From contig OZ199840.1 of NCBI GenBank assembly GCA_964304625.1, positions 7,541,368-7,605,367 of the forward strand: a stretch of 64,000 bases of DNA, given 5' to 3'. A model generated the notes under the pieces. It ran no database searches. It was given only the letters and a program-made list of their open reading frames with translations, and was not told where the DNA came from. The DNA comes from Kudoa neothunni. Its lineage: Eukaryota > Animalia > Cnidaria. Position 1 is the stretch's first letter. Every line of letters begins with the position of its first letter. This document shows, piece after piece, positions 54,092-64,000 of the stretch. The position numbers and the translations under genes are program-made.

Positions 54092-56362
54092 CCCTTCCTG
54101 TACCAACTACGATAACAGAACGCGGGTGACCAACTGGAGTCACCAACGTACCCCAACCGAAATACACCTTAAACTTGTTCAATCTTCTCAAAACTATTTC
54201 ACCGAAGATTAAAAACATAAATATGATAATTCATGTCCAATAAGATTAGTTTTTGTTATTTTATCTATATATGAATCATTTTGTTCATGACAAAAACCAT
54301 AGCAAGAATAATGATACAAATGCATCAGAATATAACATAAATAGCAAAAGTTATCATTTTCATATCAAAAAAGGCTATTTGAAAGACTAATGATACTACT
54401 TCCATTAAATAGTACATAAAATGATAATATTTTTAGACAACGAATGATGCAGTGACTTAAGTTCGCGTTATTTTGGCATTAATGTTTAATACACCAAAAA
54501 TAATAGTCAACAAATTTATTACATTTTTACGTAGGTATTTTTAATATTTATATGTAAAACAAAATTATTTTCGTCTTTCCATTATTTTATTATTTTTGAA
54601 GTCAACAAAATAGTAGCATGAACATAAATTAGAATAATTATTTTTATGTAGACATTTTTTTGATTTAACGAGACATATTCGATGTAATTTCTTAAAATAA
54701 AGAATTATTTTGCCAAAAATATTCTTTTCACTATATGGGGATTAATTTTATTCGTCTGTTCAACAGACAGATATTTTTTATCCCGAATGGCGCATTTGTG
54801 TGTACTTTCAAAAAATGCAAATCCACTCGGCCATAGGTAAAACTCATTTATTACGATGGATTAAAATTGTATATACCGTAAATATTAACGTATCGGAGAT
54901 CATAAAATTAATTATATATTGTATTTAATTCTGAACAAAAATTTTTGTATAATTTCTAAGCTGCAAACATATTCCGAATACAAAAACATATTACTAAGAT
55001 TTGTTCCAAAGGATCGAAACAATAAAAACAATAAATAATGTTTCATTTTATCCTTATTCTATCAACCTTCCCAGTATAAGGCTGAATATTTAGTAGGTAT
55101 GATGTTTCTACGTCTGCGACCATCCAAAATTTGATTCATAATCGGCCGAGCTTGTTTTTCATATGTACACGAAACGGGCATTTACCCCGAAACCTTACTA
55201 ACCTTTCGCCGACTATAATATACGTGCCTAGTGAAAAACACTTGATGCAATTTTCATTAAATAGTTCGCAGACTTGGCGACAAGGTTCGAATTTGTCATT
55301 TGTAGTTTGAAACCGATAAATTCTATTTGTTTTATCGTCGAAACGGATTTTTCTATAAATATAAGTGAACCTGATTCTGGGCAGCACGGTGGAGAAGAAT
55401 AATTGTTTGAATAGTTAACAACCATCCCACATACTTCTATGAGCAAGCGTCTTATCATTTGAACGCCAAGCAACAATTAATATGCCCATAAATGCTTCTA
55501 TTTCATCTTTAGATATTGTTACGTGTTTCTCTGGGTTAATCTCTTCAATGTATTTGTTGGTGTATTTTACAATCTCATAAATTATGTCTTTCGACATAAA
55601 CCATTCAAACACATAAAAATGGACGTTATATTTTTGACTCCTTCTTAAATGCTTGAGGGTGAAGTAGCGATGTTATGTGATTTAGTTTTCGAACGATTTT
55701 TTTTGGACCATTCAAGACCAGATGGGGAAGAAAAATAGAATCATTATTGGGGTTTATTTTAGCGAAATTTACGTCACTTTGAAAATCTTCATCATTATCT
55801 ATATTACTAATAACACAATTATCTGATTCAGATATTTCATATTCTGAGCAGCTATCATTATTTACAGGGGAAAAATCTTCAATAATTTTTTCAACATCAT
55901 CCGTGGTTTGGTTTTGCCTTATACTAAATATTACGGATGCATCAACAGAGTAATTTAACAATTGTTACCTCAATATCCGCAGAAAGGTTATGTGCGTGGC
56001 TTAGTTGGATTAATCCTCGTTAATTCATTAGCGGGAATATTTAGAAAGGCGCACCATTTTTTCACATAATAGGACGGATATTTTTAAATTTTCCGACTGT
56101 TAAAGCTATTCTTAATATTTATAAAACAAATATGTAACATTATAAAAATAGTCCGATGCATCCAAAATTAACAGTTGTACTATTTTGGAATCTATTCATA
56201 AGAATTAATTATATTATAAAAAACTTTTTTTATTAAAATATCGAAGTAATAGTATTAGAGATATTCTGAAACTTTGAAGACTATCAAAGGCTGATTTTTG
56301 GATTTAGAAACAAAATAGATAATGTGGGGTCTCTCAAATACCCCAGGTTGGTACCGGAAGGG
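54092..56362 (-). mobile_element. piggyBac transposon with a decayed PGBD-like transposase
   Basis: TTAA TSDs; 16-bp TIR CCCTTCC[T/G]GTACCAAC; fragments IVKYTNKY...EIEAFMGIL, IRFDD and GERLVRFRGKCPFRVHMKNK. Confidence 0.9.
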
Positions 56363-56450
56363 TTAAATGGTCATTAATATCATAAAACGACAAAAGCATT
56401 AATTAATTATATACAAACATAATAATTTTTAACTTGATTTTATCCAAATA

Positions 56451-57083
56451 CAATGAAACCTCGGAGTTCGACCAATAATTTCGAGGTAGAAACACCTTTA
56501 AGTTAGATCAAATATCGAAAGACATAAGGAGAACTTTTGTCGGAGCGAGTGCAATAAAACGAATGTAATGGACTATCGATATATACATTTTAACGGATAA
56601 TTTAATCAAACTTTGAACTATAAATTCTTCTAATGGATTCTAATAATAGGTTTCCATAGTAGAAAGTGGCTATTAGCACGGTAAATAATACTTATGTGAC
56701 ACTAGTTTCGACTATATTTAATCTGTAAACAACTCTTACAGCTGTTTACAGATTAAACCAGAATTCACACATGAGTTCCAGCGAAAGTTCGCCATATCTC
56801 AATCAAATTGAGCGAACGTCTTCGAAAGAGAACCCTTTACAATCAATCGTATGACAACAAAAAATATTATCCTATATTTCTTTTATATTGTTATATTCAA
56901 TATTTATTTGTTATATTGTATAAACATAAGGTATACGTGTTTTTTCGTAAATAATAAAAAAATCATCCATTTGATGTGCGGGAACGCATTAAACTAATTT
57001 TCATTATTTTTCATGCGAAAAAATTATTCGTAGTTCGAACAAATTTCTAGAACGGATTATAGTCGAAGTCCGAGGTTGCATTG
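56451..57083. mobile_element. pogo/Tigger-type MITE (633 bp)
   Basis: 22-bp TIR CAATG[A/C]AACCTCGGA[G/C]TTCGAC (20 of 22 match) with TA on both sides. Confidence 0.82.
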
Positions 57084-57610
57084 TAGAATCGGTATGGTTT
57101 TAATTACAATCGTGTCTTATGTATAACAATGATTAATTTTCTATTTGGATTATTCCGTTTTGGTTTATAAGACCCATATACTTGAAAGTCTTGTCTAATA
57201 CAATCTAGATTGGAACGAGCTTCATTTAACACTGTGTTTGACGTAAGGAAGAACTAAACATGTTAATTTTTAAGATCCACCGATAAAGTAAGTTAGACCT
57301 GATCGAATACACCTTAATTTCAATAAGACGAGAAGTATATATTAATCACTTTCAAGTTTTAATGTGACATGAAGCTTGAATCTAAATTATAGGCAGTTTA
57401 AATTAAAAAATCAATATTGTGAAAAATGTGGAACGTGATAGAAAAAAGTTGGGAATCATTGATCTAGGTGATATTACAGTCAATAATTCAAATTTAAAGT
57501 TTTAAATTACAAAACAAAAATTTCATTTATCTAGGTGCTTTTGCAAACTGTAAATAAAACGACGCCGAAAAAATTTCTCCGATACGAATAAAACTACATA
57601 AACAAACAAC

Positions 57611-60465
57611 TTATATAGGAGCGGTCATAGACTTTTCAAGCAGTGTTTCTTGCTCTGAAACATGTATTTTTTTGATTCCAGTGGCCGTACTAGCAGAAGA
57701 TGCTCTTCCAAAATAGTGAACCTGTCTAGAATCAGCCAAACTTTTCAGGGTGGTCGTCAGACATCTTTCAACAAATGACCAAGGTCCCTGATTTTTAGGC
57801 TCTTCTTGAGCCCAAACAATGCAAGCATTCTGATAATTTGATATTTCGGTCTTTATGAGATCGAATGGGAAGGGTGACAGCTAAATAGACTTTACTAAAC
57901 TACAGCATTTCAACTAATATACTTGTTCGATTCGTACGATGGCCACCTTGCCATTGAGATTACGTTTTTGTCTTTCAGCAACCAACTCATAATATATTTT
58001 ACCGCTACAGAGAACAAGACGTTGGACTTTAGTTTTGTTTTCAGGATCATCAAAAGCGGAGTCGGGAATGACTCTTTGGAAGATAGTCCCTTCGTCCATT
58101 TCACTGAAACTAGATTTTGCTTGTTCTAGCCTCAGTAGGTTTTTCGGAGTAAAAAGCACCAACTAAAAAATCGCTTAATAAATTATATAGAGAAGTAATT
58201 ATAGCTTACAGGGCGTCTAAAATTACACGCAACTTGGCGTCTAAGAATATGAAACAGGTTGGCTGGAGTGGAACAATTGGCTACCTACCACAAATCATTG
58301 ATACGCAATTACTAAAGTAGAAACAGGACTAATTACTATCCAGTTACATTTGTGCAGTTGCATAACATGAAATTCGTCGGCTGTGTAGTTCTGGGTGGTT
58401 ATAATAGGTTAGTAAAGTGTTTACAAAAATAATTATTACTGGAAAAGTGTCAATATCCTCAGATGACAACTGTAAAAATCGTTCAATGCGAGCGCTAGAA
58501 TGTTCAGGCCCCATCCCATCATAGCCATGAGGCAGAAGAATAACAAGACCTGACTGACGAAGCCACTTGTGATAACCACTGGCCATAAATTGATCAAAAA
58601 TGCACTAAATTCACTCGTAAATTTAGTGGGAAAGAAAATTCATACTTGAGCATTGTTACAAAAATCTCCAAACTGTGCCTCCCAACAAACCAAAAAGTTA
58701 GGAGAGGCTATGCTGTATCCAAGATCGAATCCTACAAAATCATTTTTCGGTTAAAATTTAGATTAATCGTAGTCGTTTGAAAGTCTACCAAGGACAGCAT
58801 ATTCAGAAAGTGGGCTGTTACAAACAATGTAAGGAGCTTGATTGGGTGAGATGTGTTTCAGTGGAGTGTACATTTGTCTCTCTCCAGCATAAGCATGTAA
58901 AACATGATGACGATGACTAAACGTTCCACGCTCTGAATCTTGACCACTCAGTCGAACATGAACACCATCGCTAAGAAGTGATGAGAAAGCAGAAATCTCT
59001 CCTAGCGCCCAGTCAATTTTATCCGCATTAATCATATCCATTCGTTGTTTCAAAATCCTTTTAAATCCTATTTTAAATCCATAAAATTATTGCCATGTTA
59101 ACATCTGGCACACATCAAATAGTTGGAAAAATTCAAATACCAGGATGAGGTTCAAATCCATTTGGCAAAGTATTACACTTGTTGTTGAGTTCAATCAGCA
59201 TCTCTTTGCTGACGCCGGTAGTTCTCATTCTTGGGATTTTATCATCCCCCTTAGGACCTTAAAAAAAATATAAGTTGGTAACGAATATGACACTCACAAA
59301 AAGCCATCGGACTGTCCAGCCAGTTACTGTTAGATATTTCGGTAATTTTTTTAGCCGATCTCAACTCACTATCAAGTGTGTTACTGTATGACACTTTCAA
59401 CTCCTTAATTTAATTGATTTATAATTTATCATCATTAATTATTAATCATAATTTTGAATATTTAAACAGAAAAAGTTATACATCAATTAAAGACGGCTTT
59501 ATTATATCCAACTTTTTGAGCTTATTTGAATACAACTCAAGAACACTTTCAACCTGTGAAATTTTCCTATACATTAACGGTTGGGTGAAAAAAGGATTAT
59601 CGGATTCGTTGTGGCCATTCCGACGATATCCAATCAAATCAATCACAACACTCCTTTTGAATTTGTTTCTGTAGGTGGATGCGATCTTCGATACAAAGTG
59701 TACGTCCTCCGGATCATCGGCGTTGACATGAAAAATTGGGATATCCAAAATTTTTGCCACATCTGACGCATAATGTGACGACCTCGAATCATTGGGTTCA
59801 GTAGTGAAGCCGATCTAAATTTTTTTCGTTAAAATTAGTCAGAATTAACCAGAACGGCACTTGATTATTGACAACAATGTGAATGGAACCGTAAGAAGTG
59901 TAATTTTTGAGTTTATCGAGTTGGAAGGATTCATAAACAACTCCTTGACCGGCACAGGCGGCATCTCCATGTATAATAATATTTGCCACTTTATCACCAC
60001 ATTCGTCACTGAGAAGATTTTGTAGAGCTCGAGTCTTTCCAAGTACCACAGGATTTACAGCTAATGCATGACAATCAATCAATATGACTTATTTTAATAG
60101 CCAATATGAGTTTGAAAACTACCTTCTAAATGTGAAGGATTTGCGACTATGCATAAATTAATTGGATTTCCTGTTTTCTCGTTAATCAACCGATGAGAAC
60201 ATCCCAAATGGTATTTTACATCACCAGAAAACTATAAGATATCACGAAAATTTTAAAGATCAAATCGCGGTGATGAATGATGCCTACCTGATCACTAATA
60301 AGACCAATATCGGTGTTGAATCGGCAGAAGATTTCTTGAAGTGGGCTGTTTACGACGTTGGCTAGTATATTCAGTCGCCCACGATGAGCAGTTCCTATGA
60401 GCACATGCTCGATGCCATGGGTTGAGTATTCGTCAATAATTATTTTTAGGCAAGGAATAAGCGAC
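57611..60465 (-). CDS. OGDH: 2-oxoglutarate dehydrogenase E1, 3' portion; 5' exons outside the window
   Basis: [96 protein letters not shown], in order across GT-AG introns; stop at 57611-57613. Confidence 0.95.
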
Positions 60466-61625
60466 TAAACAATAATAGTTAGATTTTGAGAAAAATAGCT
60501 CAAGCTTGTTGATAAATTAAATTTTAACCCTCTACTTTTTTACAGTAAGCATAAATTATATTTGTTCGGATCAGGTGTTCATTTTATATCAGAAAACAGT
60601 TGCAAAATATCACAAATGATCTCTTAATCCACCTTTTTAATTTTAGAAAACAGAAATATTTCAATGATATTTTAAGTGAGTTCAATAGTTGATATAAAAT
60701 AAACTAATCGACCAATGTCACCGTTTCGTAGCAATTATGTATTTGATTTTGGTTCTGAGAGTCTATAAGTGAATTGGAAACCTCTAAAAATCTTTTAACT
60801 ATATTTTTCTCTCAAATAAAATTCTACTCCGTAGTATTTTATTATCAAATATTTCTGATTAATTAAGTATGAGGCATTTTTTTGTCAGCTGATTTGAACC
60901 CATACCTAATTTACTGCCCCAAAAATATTATTTAACTTTTTTATAACAATTTAACGAGACTTATACGCTTGAATATGTAAAATTAACTGTTAGATCGAGT
61001 TAAATTAGATGTGTTTAATTTTAGGATCTCAAATAATATAGTCAACATTTTTAAATTTTCATCCTCGTCTTAAGTTAGGGTTCCTCCAAGGTTATGCGAG
61101 AAAATATTATGGCCTAATATCCTAATATACGGGGAATTTATTGGATTAATTTAAAAATTTCTCACCTCATTATCTCTTATTCATGCATTAGTTGAGAATT
61201 ATTTCGCTCCATATTTTTAATGCTTTGGAGAATGATTATAATTTGAATCAGTTGTTCGAAAATTTTTAATTATAATTATATAAATAAGATCAAAAAATAT
61301 CATTTTTACTTTAATATTAATAGGTGAAAAATTAGAATCTACGAAAGGATTTTTCGAAAATATAAACTAATAATTAGTTTCAATTAAGTGATTACACAAA
61401 AAATGTTAAAAACGAAATGAAAAATCATTTAAACTACCCTCCAGATAGAAATAAATCATATTAGCTTAATTTCCAAGTTGTTTCTGTTTCGTGGTTAATT
61501 TTTTGAACTTCAGAATTAGACATGAAATTCACCTCATCATGTATAGTGGCTACGGGAAACGTTAGTGTCTCAGAGAGGTGCAAACCCAACTTTGAGTCAG
61601 GAAGCATTGAGATATACATTTACTG

Positions 61626-61840
61626 CAACGTTTTCCAACCTTTTTGGTTCGCGGATCCCCGATTAGCTAAGCTAACTGAATAAGAAAACCTAAGCATATT
61701 AATTATTTATATTTATAACATTATTGTTCTAGAATTATGTTTTTAGATTCGACTTTTATTATAGCCAGGAATTTATGAATGACTAATTTTTTAAGAGTAA
61801 AAGCCCTCTTAGCGCACTAACTCCACATTGGAAAACATTG
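61626..61840. mobile_element. Short hAT MITE (215 bp) in the OGDH intron
   Basis: TIR CAA[C/T]GTTTTCCAA; degenerate TSD ATTTACTG / ATTTCCTA. Confidence 0.65.
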
Positions 61841-62547
61841 ATTTCCTACCTGGCTGGCTGACTGACTTATCCAAATAAAAACTCATAAAAATTAGTGATG
61901 CTATCAGCTGGATGTACGGTTGGAATACTTTAAAATACCTTTCTATATTCGCATAACATTATATCGGACGCACGCATTTAATTTTAATCCAAAAACATTC
62001 TGTTTTTAATTTCAAAAAATTAGCTCAATGAGAATATAAAAATTTTCCTTATTTTAATTTTAGTTATGTGCATTTAACCTTAGAAATCCCACCAAAAATA
62101 ATTACACAAAGGTTCAATGGGCCCCTTTTTGGTCCAAGTATAAATTGATCAAATAAATTCACCTAATTATCATAAAGTATGTTTTTATATATTATTGAAT
62201 TATAAAGAATAAACAATATAAATTATTCTAATTTCAGGAATCTATACACTACAAATATCCATGGAGAGTGATTTTTGTAATATTTAGCTATTCATCGAAT
62301 CTTTTAATTCTTTGTCATAAATTAAGATTATTTTTAAAGAAACAAAACTTTAATATATTAGAAAACCTTCTTTTCAAATTATAATATACGATATCGATAA
62401 GGGGATCTAAATAAGCACGACGTAATGTTGGTTGTCGAGTTTTTAAAATGGAGATTAAGTTTATACACCACGAGATTTGCAATAGTTGGGAATAATACGT
62501 TTGACTTCGATACCTTCTTCCATTTCAAATAATATGATCATAATATA

Positions 62548-64000
62548 CCATAACTGGCCAAACCGTGGCTCTCGACAAAAAACTTGTTGATTCAAAATTT
62601 TTTAAATTCAATAAGCGCTTTAATTTAGAAAAATTCATTGTTTGAACTATTTAATCGACTGAAAAAATGAACTCTTCAATTGTAACTTAGTGTTTTTGGT
62701 TTGAAAACATAATTACAAACATTTATATAGTTTCAATATTTGATTCAAGCTAAAATTATTACTAATTTTGTTAGGAAATACAATTAGAACTAATGTTTTT
62801 CCATTACCAAAGTGATGGATATCGTAAGAATAAACACGCGTTAAAGCTTGAAAAAGGAGGGTACACAAGTGCAAACGAGAATGGCCACAGACTGGCTCCT
62901 TGGTTAGTCTAGAAATGACCCAACTCGTCCCTCGATGCAATCCAAATAACTCGGCACATGCCGTCTCGTAGCTGCGCAAATTATCTGTTAGAATTGGTGC
63001 TGAAATGATAGTTCAATTTTTATTATTGTATGAAAAAAGTTATGGATTCTTCAAATATAAAAAAAATGTGATGACGACAAAAGAATATTCAACCCAGAAT
63101 GAGAAGAAGAATTCGTCTTTACTGTAATGGAGGCAAGCCCTTGTGTTTTATTTGCAATGTGTTTTTAAGTCACAACAAAGCTTCTAACCTAAAACGACAG
63201 TATGAGAAAAATCCCGGGAAATTTTCTCGTGATCGCCCTTGTAAGTCTCAGATAAGAACCAAGAAGTTATGCTCTTTAAAGTCATCATCAAATAACTGCC
63301 GGTCACTTTTAACGACATTTTCCACCGAATCTGTTGTATCAACTGAAGCTAGTTTCATTATTTCAGGGAATATTTCTCATGAAAAACGTCCATATTCTGA
63401 TGGGGAACTCGCCAGGAAGAATATTGCTGAAGTTGTCGCAGTTTTAGATCTTAAAAACGGAAGACTTCAACGTTTGATAGAACAAACATCAGTTTCTCGT
63501 CACTCGATAGAAAGGCGAATCTCTCAATCTCAAATAAGTGCTGATGTTTGCGATAAACTACAAAATGATCTGAAGAATTCGATTACTTTTAGCTTACCTC
63601 TCGACGAATCAACGGACATTCAAGATAATCTCAAATTGACCAATATTCATTCGCTGTTTTATATGACCTAACAATTAAGGTGGAATTGTTGGATTTGGTG
63701 GCATTGAAAGAAACTACTCGTGGCGTTGACGTTAAAAATGCACTAGTTCCAGCCTTAACAAATGCTGGCGTTCAGTTATGTAATCTCGTTAGCATTTAGA
63801 CAGATGGAGCCCTTGAGACGGTAGATAAGAACGTAGGCTTAATTGCGCTTATGAAAAATGATCCAAGGTTTTGAAAACTTATTCCCGTACATTGTATTAT
63901 TCATCGCAAATATCTGGTTGCAAAATACTTCAAATTTGAAGTTGTAATGAAGTGTGTACTCGAAATTGCCAATTATATACGATCAAATGGGAAGACTCAT
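62548..64000 (+). mobile_element. hAT Buster/Charlie element with a decayed GTF2IRD2-like transposase (runs off the window)
   Basis: KPLCFIC...KASNLKR, RPYSDGE, FSLPLDESTDI, TDGA and HCIIH motifs with stops and frameshifts; left-end-like TGGCCAAACCGTGGCTC at ~62555. Confidence 0.88.

Larger units (their letters stand above)
53921..57461 (-). mobile_element. hAT MITE, copy C, carrying two nested insertions
   Basis: Ends CAGTATTCCCCAAC / GTTGGGAATCATTG with a perfect 8-bp TSD ATCTAGGT (53913-53920, 57462-57469); homologous to copy A in reverse orientation. Confidence 0.88.

Overview
AT-rich eukaryotic genomic DNA with short GT-AG introns (mostly ~40-80 nt), which is why the ORF track fragments every gene. 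The gene content (ADAM10/17-like sheddase, Integrator subunit 3, NDC80) and strong protein divergence suggest a fast-evolving animal, plausibly a parasite such as a myxozoan; that assignment is inference. Host genes rebuilt by hand across introns: 3' end of an AP-complex sigma subunit, ADAM metalloprotease, NDC80, an orphan Cys/Lys/acidic protein, RPB11 (POLR2J), INTS3, RNF113A/Cwc24, a PAP2 phosphatase and the 3' part of OGDH. Much of the rest is decayed or non-autonomous mobile DNA with readable ends: a Ty3/Gypsy remnant, a solo LTR, two IS630/Tc1 elements, pogo, hAT, piggyBac, Merlin, a MULE and a related MITE, and a structured SINE-like insert. Highlights: two nests of transposons built on the same hAT MITE family (one four levels deep), an intron-containing MULE transposase ending in a PHD finger, an NDC80 apparently lacking its N-terminal tail, an RPB11 whose conserved start is out of frame while an overlapping ATG is in frame, a DD32E transposase, and a TSD-flanked, highly base-paired ~400-nt retroposed RNA. 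No rRNA, tRNA or CRISPR was seen. All family assignments come from motif recognition, not database searches.
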